Shown: piece by piece, positions 17,661-26,860 of the stretch | How positions within the stretch are numbered: the first letter of the stretch is position 1 | How the letters are laid out: each line of letters begins with the position of its first letter | Origin: Magnetococcales bacterium | GTDB taxonomy: Bacteria; Pseudomonadota; Magnetococcia; Magnetococcales; JADGCL01 | Assembly: GCA_015229005.1 (NCBI GenBank) | Contig: JADGCL010000001.1 | Coordinates: 50,216 to 114,215 of the forward strand | Direction: 5' to 3' | DNA length: 64,000 bases | Position numbers and translations under genes: made by a program | Notes under the pieces: model-generated | The model's input: the letters and a program-made list of their open reading frames with translations, nothing else | Told to the model about the DNA's origin: nothing | The model's database searches: none

Positions 17661-20600
17661 ATGCCGATGATGGACCAAGTGGAGTCCCCCCCCATTCTGC
17701 GCTTTCCCGAACACCTGCCGATCGTGGCCAGACGGGGAGAGATTCGCGAGGCCATCGCCCGCCATCCGGTGGTGATCCTCTCGGGCGAGACCGGTTCGGG
17801 AAAGACCACGCAATTGCCCAAGATCTGCTTGGAGATGGGCCGGGGTACGGGGGGACTCATCGGCGTCACCCAACCCCGACGAATTGCCGTGAAGAGTCTT
17901 TCGGCCTTCATCGCCAGGGACCTGGGAAGTGCCCTGGGGGAGGCGGTCGGCTTCAAGATCCGCTTCCAGGATCGGTTGAGCGCAAAGACCCGCATCAAGT
18001 TCATGACCGACGGCATCCTCCTTGCCGAAATCCAGGGCGATCCACGCCTCACCGCCTACGATACCCTGATCATCGACGAGGCCCACGAGCGCAGTTTGAA
18101 CGTCGATTTCATTCTCGGTCACCTCCACCGGATCCTCCCCCGGCGTCCGGATCTCAAGGTGATCATCAGCTCGGCAACCCTCGATCTCGAAAAATTCTCC
18201 CGCCATTTCAACGATGCCCCCATGATCGAGGTCACCGGTCGCAACCATCCGGTGGAGATTCGCTACCGTCCCCGGGAGCGGTCGTCGCGGGAGGGAGAGG
18301 AGTCCTCCCCGGAAGAGTCGGTCGGCAGGGGGGCGGAGGCAAAAAGGGGAGGGGAGGAGAAGGAACCCGTCGACCTCGAAAGCGCCGTCATCACCGCCGT
18401 CGACGAGTTGAGCCGGGAGGAGATCACGGGCGATATCCTGGTGTTTCTCCCCGGGGAACGGGAGATCCGCGAGATCGCCGGTCTTCTCCGGCAGCATCAT
18501 CCCCCGGCGACCGAGATTCTGCCCCTGTATGCCCGGCTCTCGACTGCGGAGCAGGATCGGATCTTCTCGCCCACCGGTCGGCGCCGCATCATCCTGGCGA
18601 CCAATGTCGCCGAGACTTCGATCACCGTCCCCGGCATTCGCCATGTCGTTGACTCGGGTCTTGCCCGGATCAGCCGTTTCAACGGTCGCAGCCAGATCCA
18701 ACGCCTGCCGATCGAACCCATCTCCCGATCGGCCGCCGATCAGAGGGCGGGGCGTTGCGGGCGCCTGGGACCGGGGATCGCGATCCGCCTCTTTTCCGAG
18801 GAAGATTACCTCGCTCGACCGCGATTTACCGATCCGGAGGTGCGCCGAACCTCTCTGGCGGCGGTGATTCTTCACCTCAAGGCCTTCGGTCTGGGGGATG
18901 CGGAGAGTTTTCCCTTCGTCGATCCGCCCTCACCGCAATCGTTGCGCGAGGGGATGCGCCTCCTTCGGGAACTCACGGCGATCGGGGCCGATGGTGAAAT
19001 CACTCCGTTGGGGCGGAAGATGGCCCGACTGCCGGTCGACCCGCGCTTTGCACGCATGCTTCTCGCAAGCGACCGCCTGGAGGCGCTGACGGAACTCCTG
19101 ATCCTGGTCGCGGCCCTCAGCACCCAGGATCCCCGGGAGAGGCCGGAAGAGGCACGAGAGGCGGCGATGACCGCCCATCGGCAACATCGGGACAAGGTCT
19201 CGGATTTCACCTCGCTCCTGCGCCTGTGGGGATTCGTCCAGCAGGGACGTCTCAGTGCCGGGTCGAAGAATAAATATCGCAGGCTGCTCAAGGAGAATTT
19301 TCTCTCCTATTCCCGGGTGCGGGAATGGGAAGAGGTCCACGGGCAACTCCACCGCCTGGTGAAGGAGCTTGGCCTGAAGCCCAATGATCGGCCTGCCAGT
19401 TACGAGGCGATCCACGCAGCGCTTCTCCCGGGGCTCCTTGGTCAGGTCGGCATGAAGCTCGAACGTCGCGAGTTCCTGGGGGTGCGCGACACCCGCTTCG
19501 GCCTCTTTCCCGGTTCCGGACTCTTCCGTCGACCTCCCGCCTGGGTGGTATGCGGGGAGCTCGTGGAGACCTCGCGACTCTTCGGGCGCACAGCGGCTCG
19601 GGTCGAGCCGGAGTGGATCGAGACCGCAGCCAGCCACCTGGTCGGTCGTCACTATCTCGAACCCCACTGGGAAAAAAAAAGCGGTCGGGTAATGGCCTTC
19701 GAGAAGGTCACCTTCCAGGGGCTCACGCTCATCACCCGGCGCAAGGTCCACTACGGTCCCATCGATCCCGTCGAAGCGAGGAAGATCTTCCTCCAGTCCG
19801 CCCTGGTCGAGGGAGAGACAACCCTCGATGCCCCCTTTCTACGCCACAACCGTGCCCTCATCGAGGAGATCGAGGGACTCGAACACAAAACGCGGCGGCG
19901 GGATATCCTGATTGACGATAATGAGTTATTCGCCTTCTTCGACGAGAGGGTTCCCGAGAGTATTCATACCCAGAAGGGCTTCGATCATTGGCGCCGACAT
20001 GTGGAGCGGCGCCGCCCCCGGATCCTTTTCCTGGATCGGGAAACCCTGATGCGTCATGACCTCTCGGGGTTCGATCCCGGGGGATTTCCGGGGCACCTGA
20101 CCATCGGCGAGCGGGAAATCAGGCTCACCTACCACTTCGAGCCCGGCAGCCGTGAGGCCGACGGCGTCGATGCGACCATTCCCCTCTCCGAACTGGGAGA
20201 AGTCACCGCCCTGGCCTGGATCTTCGAATGGCTGGTCCCGGGTCTTCTGGAGGAAAAGATCATCCACCTCCTGAAGCTCCTGCCCAAACCCCTGCGCCGA
20301 CCGCTGGTACCGGTCCCCCGGAGCGCCTCCGAGCTGACGCACCTGCTGCGTGCGGAGAACGACCCCCCGAAGCACGCCCTCTGTTCGGCTCTCGGTCGTG
20401 CCATCCACCGCCGCCTGGGGCTGGTGATCCCGATCGAAGCCTGGCGGGAGAGCGAGCTTCCGAACCATCTCAGGATGCACTTCTCCGTCGTGGAGGATCA
20501 CTCCGGGCGGGTGGTGGCACAGGGAAGGGACCTTGCCGAACTCCACCAGCGCCTGGGGTTGCAGAACCGGGAATCCCTCACCCGGATCGTCCGGGCCCCT

Positions 20601-21473
20601 TTCGAGAGGGAGAACATCAAGGGTTGGGACTTCGGTCCCTGGCAGGAGCGCCTTACCTTGACCGAGGGCGGACAGGTGATGTTCGCCTATCCCGCCCTTG
20701 AAGATTGCGGCCACGCGGTTGCTCTTCGGCTCCTCGACACGGCCCCTGCCGCCCGGGAGATGACCCGGAAAGGGATGATCCGCCTCTTCCGCCTGCAACT
20801 TGCGCAGTTGGAGAAGGGGCTGGAGAGGGGGATCGGCATCGATGACGCGCTGTGTCTTATGCACCTGCCGCTCGGCGACTGCCGGACGTTGAAACGGGCC
20901 TTGACCGACCTTGCGGTGGAGCGGACCTTTCTTGCCGGAGGGGAGCTGCCGACCGACGCCGAGGCCTTTGCCGTTCGCCTGGGCCAGGAGCGGCATAAAC
21001 TTCTCCCGGAGGCCGCCGCGATTTCACGCCTGGCACGGGAAATTCTCCAGGCCTTCCACGAGTTGCACAAGGGACTCAAGGGGGCGACCCTGCCGTCGCA
21101 GAAGCCGGTGGTGACCGAGATCCGGGAACAGCTGTCCCACCTTCTGGTGACCGACTTTTGGTCCCGCACGCCGTGGGAATGGCTGGTACACTTCCCCCGT
21201 TATCTCACCGCCGCCCGTCTCAGACTCGAGCGGAGCGCCCTGGCTCCCGTTCGGGATCGGGAACGCCAGGCCCAGCTCACCCCCCATTGGCGGCGCTGGT
21301 TGGAACGATCGGGCGGGAGCGGGCGGCAGGGACCGGAACTGGCAACCTACCGCTGGATGATCGAGGAATACCGGGTCTCCCTCTTCGCCCAGGAACTGAA
21401 GACGGTCCTCCCCGTCTCGGCCCCGAGATTGGAGAAGGCCTGGAACCAGGCGCTGCTCGGCACACCCGACTGA
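17661..21473 (+). CDS. hrpA: ATP-dependent RNA helicase HrpA (DEAH box)
   Basis: GETGSGKTTQLPK, DEAHERS, SSATL, TNVAETSITVPG and QRAGRCGR are the DEAH helicase motifs, followed by the long HrpA C-terminal region. First ATG at 17661; the track uses TTG at 17652. Confidence 0.92.
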   Translation: MPMMDQVESPPILRFPEHLPIVARRGEIREAIARHPVVILSGETGSGKTTQLPKICLEMGRGTGGLIGVTQPRRIAVKSLSAFIARDLGSALGEAVGFKIRFQDRLSAKTRIKFMTDGILLAEIQGDPRLTAYDTLIIDEAHERSLNVDFILGHLHRILPRRPDLKVIISSATLDLEKFSRHFNDAPMIEVTGRNHPVEIRYRPRERSSREGEESSPEESVGRGAEAKRGGEEKEPVDLESAVITAVDELSREEITGDILVFLPGEREIREIAGLLRQHHPPATEILPLYARLSTAEQDRIFSPTGRRRIILATNVAETSITVPGIRHVVDSGLARISRFNGRSQIQRLPIEPISRSAADQRAGRCGRLGPGIAIRLFSEEDYLARPRFTDPEVRRTSLAAVILHLKAFGLGDAESFPFVDPPSPQSLREGMRLLRELTAIGADGEITPLGRKMARLPVDPRFARMLLASDRLEALTELLILVAALSTQDPRERPEEAREAAMTAHRQHRDKVSDFTSLLRLWGFVQQGRLSAGSKNKYRRLLKENFLSYSRVREWEEVHGQLHRLVKELGLKPNDRPASYEAIHAALLPGLLGQVGMKLERREFLGVRDTRFGLFPGSGLFRRPPAWVVCGELVETSRLFGRTAARVEPEWIETAASHLVGRHYLEPHWEKKSGRVMAFEKVTFQGLTLITRRKVHYGPIDPVEARKIFLQSALVEGETTLDAPFLRHNRALIEEIEGLEHKTRRRDILIDDNELFAFFDERVPESIHTQKGFDHWRRHVERRRPRILFLDRETLMRHDLSGFDPGGFPGHLTIGEREIRLTYHFEPGSREADGVDATIPLSELGEVTALAWIFEWLVPGLLEEKIIHLLKLLPKPLRRPLVPVPRSASELTHLLRAENDPPKHALCSALGRAIHRRLGLVIPIEAWRESELPNHLRMHFSVVEDHSGRVVAQGRDLAELHQRLGLQNRESLTRIVRAPFERENIKGWDFGPWQERLTLTEGGQVMFAYPALEDCGHAVALRLLDTAPAAREMTRKGMIRLFRLQLAQLEKGLERGIGIDDALCLMHLPLGDCRTLKRALTDLAVERTFLAGGELPTDAEAFAVRLGQERHKLLPEAAAISRLAREILQAFHELHKGLKGATLPSQKPVVTEIREQLSHLLVTDFWSRTPWEWLVHFPRYLTAARLRLERSALAPVRDRERQAQLTPHWRRWLERSGGSGRQGPELATYRWMIEEYRVSLFAQELKTVLPVSAPRLEKAWNQALLGTPD

Positions 21474-21608
21474 AGCGATCCCGTTCCCCGGGCCGGTCAT
21501 CGCCCCCATCGCGGGGACGGCCCGGAAGGCAATCCCCCGGGAAGTTTCCCGAAGGGAGGGAGACCCCTTCGGGTGGAGAGGGCCAATCCCGGGGGATGGA
21601 CGAGAGGG

Positions 21609-22019
21609 CTAACCCCGGGAGGGAAGAGTGGCCAAGGCGGCGCGTATCCTCCGATCTGCCTCGGTGGCGACCTCATCGACGGCCTTGTCGCTGATCATGG
21701 TGGCCATGGTCATGGGGGCGATGGCGGCGACCTCCACCCCGCCCTCTCCTTCCCGGACGACGACGTTACAGGGGAGGAGGACACTGATGTCCGGCGCCGC
21801 CACCAAGGCCTTGTGGGCCAGAGGCGGATTGCACGCCCCCAGGATCAGGGTGCGCGGGTGATCCACACCGAGCTTCTTCTTGAGGGTCGTGGAAACATCG
21901 ATTTCGGTGAGAATGCCGAACCCCTGGGCCGCCAGGGCCTGGCGAACCAACTCCACCACCTGGGAAAACTCTCCGGCAACAGGTTGCACCAGAGCATAGG
22001 TCGAATGGGTATCACTCAT
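21609..22019 (-). CDS. DUF302 domain protein
   Basis: The 136-aa length and the motifs GFGILTEIDV...LILGACNP...LLPCNVVV match the DUF302 pattern. Confidence 0.75.
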   Translation of the reverse strand: MSDTHSTYALVQPVAGEFSQVVELVRQALAAQGFGILTEIDVSTTLKKKLGVDHPRTLILGACNPPLAHKALVAAPDISVLLPCNVVVREGEGGVEVAAIAPMTMATMISDKAVDEVATEADRRIRAALATLPSRG

Positions 22020-22340
22020 GACTCGGGACCCGCCTTTCTGCGTATGATGGAATGCCGCACGAACCGCAGCTCGCTCGAGTTGCGCGAAGGGGTGAGCCGC
22101 CAGAACGCTGTCCGACAGTACCGCCGCCCGTCAGGATACGCCAAAACCGGTTCCGGTCTCCAGGAACGTCGGGGGACTCCGGGAGTTGTCCGACCCGGGG
22201 CGAGGGGAATTCGGATGGATTCGATGTGCCTGGCGAATTTCGGGGGGGGTCAAGGGCAGGGGGACTGCTCACAGTATCTTTCCCCCTCCCCCCCGGTATC
22301 CCATATCCCCGGAGCAGACCCAAGTGATGGCGCGGGATTC

Positions 22341-23897
22341 TCAGGAGGCCTCATCGGGACCGCCGCGGCTGTTCACCACCGGCAGGTAAAGCAGGATCCT
22401 GGCCAGGGATTCTTCGTCGATGTCGGCCGAGAGGGAGAGTCCCAACTGTTTTTCGAAGGAGATCAAGGCGCTCTTGGTTCGCACCCCGATGCGACCGTTG
22501 ACCGGACCTGGGTCCAGACCGATGGCGGCAAGGCGATCCTGAAGGTCGCGGATGCGATCCTGGAAGCGCTCCCTGGGTCTGCCTGGGTCGCCCAAGGCCC
22601 GCCGGTTGGCCGCCTCGACGAAGGAAAGATAGGTATTCCGGGCATCGACGCTTTGGGGGTGTTCGGCTCCCAGCCGCTTTACCAGGATGATCAGTGCCTC
22701 TCTCTGGTTGCGGATGGCTTCGGAGAAACTCTCCTGACGATCCTGAACCGAAGCGAGCCCGATCAAGGCCCTGGCCAACTCCGGGGAGAGAGAGCCGGAG
22801 GGCTGAGCGCGTAAGATTTCGACTGCCCGGACAAACATGAGTTTGGCCGGGACATATTCTTTTTCAAGGAGAAATGCCTCTCCAAGCTCGGTGGTGGCGA
22901 TGGCGGTGCCAGGGTGTTCCTTCCCCCGCACCCGCAGGGATATTTCGAGCGCCCGCGCCAGCCCAAGGCGCCCCTGAGAAGGCTGGCCCATGACCCTTTG
23001 GGAATGCCCCAATGCCGTCAGGAGGGGCATCAATTCCGGACTTTCCGTGCCGTATTCTGACTCGGTCAGGGCGATGGCCCACTGCAGATGGTCGATGGCA
23101 CGAGCCTCCTCTCCCAGTCCCTGCTCCAACAGCGCCAGATCCCGGAGCAGGCTGACCCGGGCAGCATGGTAGGGGCCATCACTGGCCATGAGGAGTTCCA
23201 ACGACCGGTGATAAAGAGAGATGGCCCGCCCCCAGTTCCCCTGTCGGCGGTAATGATCTCCCAGCCGCCTGAGTGCCATCGCCCTGGCGGGGGAGCCGGG
23301 GAGCTGTGCGTGGATTCTGGCCTTGAGATCGCGCAGAATTGCTTCGTTTCGGGCGTCACTCCCTTCGTCTCCGGCGGCACCCTCCGGGAGGGAGGCCTTA
23401 CGTGCGGAGAGGAGCGCGAAGAGTGGTCCGCGATTGCCGAAACGTTCGGTCACGATGCTTTCGGCCCGGGCCAGCAGAGACCGAGCCTCATTTTGGGATC
23501 CCCGGCGGAGGAGGAGATCCGTCAGACGCAGAAGATGGGGAAGAAGGATGGGGTGGACGTTTCCCAATTCGGTTTCGATGATCTTGACTGCCTGTTCGAT
23601 ATGACGATAAGACTTCTGCGGATCTCCCCTGAGGTCTTCCAGATCGGCCAGGCGTATCAACCCAGAGACTTGGTCGAGAAGGCGGGAAGAGTTGTCGTTT
23701 GCTTCATCGGCAGGCTGGGACCCGTCTCCCGGGCCGCCCCGGGGAAGAGGGGGGGGAGGAGTGCGCCGGGAGAGGGGGGTGACCGCAGACGGGGCAGGGG
23801 GGCCGGCCTCGGTCGCCCCATATGCGTGCCCCCACCAGGCAGGAGCCCCAGCTGCCAGCACCGCGATAACCCAAGTCGCCCGCTGATTCCTGCCCAT
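22341..23897 (-). CDS. secreted TPR-repeat protein with a C-terminal peptidoglycan-binding domain
   Basis: Signal-like N-terminus, multiple TPR-like A/L/Y repeats, and a C-terminus LQDRLAAIGLDPGPVNGRIGVRTKSALISFEKQLGL resembling PG_binding_1. Confidence 0.6.
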   Translation of the reverse strand: MGRNQRATWVIAVLAAGAPAWWGHAYGATEAGPPAPSAVTPLSRRTPPPPLPRGGPGDGSQPADEANDNSSRLLDQVSGLIRLADLEDLRGDPQKSYRHIEQAVKIIETELGNVHPILLPHLLRLTDLLLRRGSQNEARSLLARAESIVTERFGNRGPLFALLSARKASLPEGAAGDEGSDARNEAILRDLKARIHAQLPGSPARAMALRRLGDHYRRQGNWGRAISLYHRSLELLMASDGPYHAARVSLLRDLALLEQGLGEEARAIDHLQWAIALTESEYGTESPELMPLLTALGHSQRVMGQPSQGRLGLARALEISLRVRGKEHPGTAIATTELGEAFLLEKEYVPAKLMFVRAVEILRAQPSGSLSPELARALIGLASVQDRQESFSEAIRNQREALIILVKRLGAEHPQSVDARNTYLSFVEAANRRALGDPGRPRERFQDRIRDLQDRLAAIGLDPGPVNGRIGVRTKSALISFEKQLGLSLSADIDEESLARILLYLPVVNSRGGPDEAS

Positions 23898-24022
23898 GGG
23901 CCGTACCCCTCCGGCTCCCCCTTTGCTGCCACTTCATCGGCAGTTATGCTACACCAGCCTGGGGCGGATCAGGAACCCTTTCCTCGCCCAAAACGACAAC
24001 CACAATGGAATCCGGGAGGGGG

Positions 24023-26860
24023 ATGAATACCCGCGTATTGGAGTGGTTGCGCAAAGGGGCGACGGCTGTCACCGTAAATCGTCGTTCCGCCCGCTTTCTG
24101 GCTACCGCCTATGGGCGCTGGCGGACCTCTCTCGGAGAGAAGGTCTGGCCATCCCCGGTTGTTCTTCCCTTTGCCGCCTGGGTCGAGGAGTGCTGGCAGT
24201 CTCTTCTTGACCGCCCCCCGGTCGATTCTCTCGATTCCTGGCCGACCCTCTTGAGCGACCTTCAGGAGCGGCTCGTCTGGGAACAGATCATCGTCGCTTC
24301 TCCTTCCGGCAAGGGTTTGCTGAACCCGGGGACGACCGCGCGTCTGGCGGCCAACGCCTGGCGTCTGCAGCGCCAGTGGTTCCCGGAACCGACCGAGGCG
24401 GAGTGGCAGGGCGAGGATTCCCTGACCTTCCGGCGATGGTCGCGGACATTCGCCAAGGCCTGCCATCGGAACCACTGGCTCGATCGGGCCGGGCTTCTCG
24501 ATTTTCTGGCGACCCACGGCCACTCCCTGGTCTGGCCCCGCCATCTTCTTCTGGTTGGCTTCGACACCTTCTCTTCCCTGGAAGAGCGCTTTTTGCAGCA
24601 GCTGCGGGAGTGGGGGGTCTCCTGGGAGAAGGTTGACCATCCCGGCGCTGCGGGCCGCCCGGTCCGGCTCACCTTTGCCTCCGATCGGGATGAGCTTCGC
24701 GCCGCCGCCCTCTGGGCCGGGGAGCGGGTACGACAGGGAGATTCGGCCATTGGCGTCGTCATCCCCGATCTTTCCCGGCGTCTGCCGCAGGTGGTGCATC
24801 ACTTCTCCGAGGTCTTTCTCCCGGGCACACCGAGCACCCCTCCCAGTCCGCCGGTCTCCCCCCCGGGCAGAGCCGGGAGGTCGGTCCCGCCTCCGGCGAC
24901 CCCCTTTGCGGAGGCAGGCGCCAGGGTGGCCTTCGACATCTCCCTGGGAACACCTCTTTCTGCCCAGCCCCTGGTCGGCGATGCCCTGCTCTTTCTCTCC
25001 CTGAGCCAGGGCGAGGTGGCGGCCAATACCTGGAGCCGGATCTTGCGTTCTCCCTTTTGGGCAGGGGCCTCCCAGGAAGGGAGTGCCCGCGCTCGCCTCG
25101 ATGCGGCGTTGCGGGAGGGGGGACTCCATCAGGCCTCCCTGGCCGAGATCGGCGCCTGGATCGGTCAGCGGGCGGACGCGGGAGGGGGGGGGGGCCGGAT
25201 CGCGGCGAAGACTCTGACTCACTTGGCCGGGCTTCTGGAAAAGGAGGGGGAGGATCCCCGCCATCCCAGCCTCTGGGCGAGGCGCCTGGAACGCTGGCTG
25301 CGGGAAATGGGCTGGCCGGGCGAAAGAACCCTGGATTCGGTGGCCGCACAGGCGATGCAACATTTCCAGAATGGTCTGACGACCTTGGCCGGGCTGGATT
25401 CGGTGCTGGGAGCGGTTTCGCGCCCGCGGATACTGGGGCGTCTGGCCGAAATCATGGACGAGAGCATCTTTCAGTCGGAGAGCCCGGTCACCCCGGTCCA
25501 CGTCCTCGGGAGCCTGGAGGCGACGGCGGAGCGGTTCGAACGTCTGTGGATCCTGGGTTTGAGTGATGATCTTTGGCCTCCACCGCCATCCCCGAACCCC
25601 TTTCTTCCCCTCTCCTGGCAGGTGCGGATGGCGTTGCCGAAGTCGTCGGCTGGACGGGAACTCGTCTTTGCCAGAAATGTTACCGAAAGATTATTGGGTT
25701 CGGCTAATGAAGTTATCGTAAGCTTCTCGGCCAGCGATGGCGACCGAGAGCGGCGCATCTCCCCCCTTGTCCAACATCTGCCCCAGGTCGAGACCTCGAC
25801 CCTTGCCTTCCCGCAACCGCCGACCTATCGGCTCCTGGTCCACCGGGCGGCCCCCAAACTTCTGCGCCTCGACGACCCCAGAGGCCCGGCGCCGGTGATC
25901 ACTCAGGATCCGGTCAAGGGCGGCGCCGGTCTGATCCGGGCCCAGGCGCAATGTCCCTTCCAGGCCTTCGCCCGCTATCGCCTGGGGGCCAAATCCCTGG
26001 TCGAACCCAGGCCGGAGGCCGACGCCGCTTGGCGCGGAACCCTGGTCCATGCGGCGCTTCGCCGCCTCTTCGAGGAGGTCACCACGGGAGAGAAACTTCG
26101 GGCGCTCTCCCCGGAGGCCCGCCACACCCTGGCGGCGATGACAAGCGAGCGCACACTCCGTGAAGTGAACCGTCCCTTCCCGGCTCCACACCTGCCACCT
26201 CTCCTCATCCCCCTCGAACGATTGCGCCTGACACGGCTGCTCCTTGGGTGGATGGAGGTGGAAAGCAGGCGAGAAGAGCCGTTCGAGGTCATGGAACGGG
26301 AAACGGAGAAGATCCTTACCGTCGGAGGAGTGGTGGTTCGCCTCCGCATTGATCGAATCGATCGACTGCCGGGAGTGGGGCTGGTGGTGGTGGATTACAA
26401 GACCTCGCAGCCGAGGGTGGGCGACTGGTTCGGAACTCCACCCGCCGAGCCGCAGATGCCGTTGTACCTCCTGGCCTTGGGGGCGGAGCAGGTGGCGGCT
26501 CTGGCCTACGCGGAGCTGCGTCCCGGGTCCCTCCGGCATCTGGGAATTTCGGCTCGGGGCGATCTCCTGCCGAATGTCCAGGGGCCCGGGGTGTGGCAAT
26601 CGGAGGTCCTCTCTCCGGGAGAGTCGGGGGGGCGTTCCCCCTGGGAGGAGCTGGGGCAGCGGTGGCAGGCCTCGATCGAGGGCCTGGTGCGGGGGTTCCT
26701 CCAGGGAGAGGCCTCCGTGCAGCCTCTGCCCCGGGCCTGCGATCATTGCGACCTGGTGCCTCTCTGCCGAAAGTGGGCCGATTCCGACGCAGACAGCGCC
26801 GATGCGGACGGTCCCGAGGGGGGCGACGACAGCGCCGAACCGGGGGAGAGATCGCCATGA
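24023..26860 (+). CDS. PD-(D/E)XK nuclease family DNA-repair protein (AddB-like, no P-loop)
   Basis: C-terminal VVVDYKTS is a nuclease motif and CDHCDLVPLCRK is a Cys cluster. Translationally coupled to the downstream UvrD-type helicase. GGAGG lies 4 nt upstream of ATG 24023. Confidence 0.7.
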   Translation: MNTRVLEWLRKGATAVTVNRRSARFLATAYGRWRTSLGEKVWPSPVVLPFAAWVEECWQSLLDRPPVDSLDSWPTLLSDLQERLVWEQIIVASPSGKGLLNPGTTARLAANAWRLQRQWFPEPTEAEWQGEDSLTFRRWSRTFAKACHRNHWLDRAGLLDFLATHGHSLVWPRHLLLVGFDTFSSLEERFLQQLREWGVSWEKVDHPGAAGRPVRLTFASDRDELRAAALWAGERVRQGDSAIGVVIPDLSRRLPQVVHHFSEVFLPGTPSTPPSPPVSPPGRAGRSVPPPATPFAEAGARVAFDISLGTPLSAQPLVGDALLFLSLSQGEVAANTWSRILRSPFWAGASQEGSARARLDAALREGGLHQASLAEIGAWIGQRADAGGGGGRIAAKTLTHLAGLLEKEGEDPRHPSLWARRLERWLREMGWPGERTLDSVAAQAMQHFQNGLTTLAGLDSVLGAVSRPRILGRLAEIMDESIFQSESPVTPVHVLGSLEATAERFERLWILGLSDDLWPPPPSPNPFLPLSWQVRMALPKSSAGRELVFARNVTERLLGSANEVIVSFSASDGDRERRISPLVQHLPQVETSTLAFPQPPTYRLLVHRAAPKLLRLDDPRGPAPVITQDPVKGGAGLIRAQAQCPFQAFARYRLGAKSLVEPRPEADAAWRGTLVHAALRRLFEEVTTGEKLRALSPEARHTLAAMTSERTLREVNRPFPAPHLPPLLIPLERLRLTRLLLGWMEVESRREEPFEVMERETEKILTVGGVVVRLRIDRIDRLPGVGLVVVDYKTSQPRVGDWFGTPPAEPQMPLYLLALGAEQVAALAYAELRPGSLRHLGISARGDLLPNVQGPGVWQSEVLSPGESGGRSPWEELGQRWQASIEGLVRGFLQGEASVQPLPRACDHCDLVPLCRKWADSDADSADADGPEGGDDSAEPGERSP

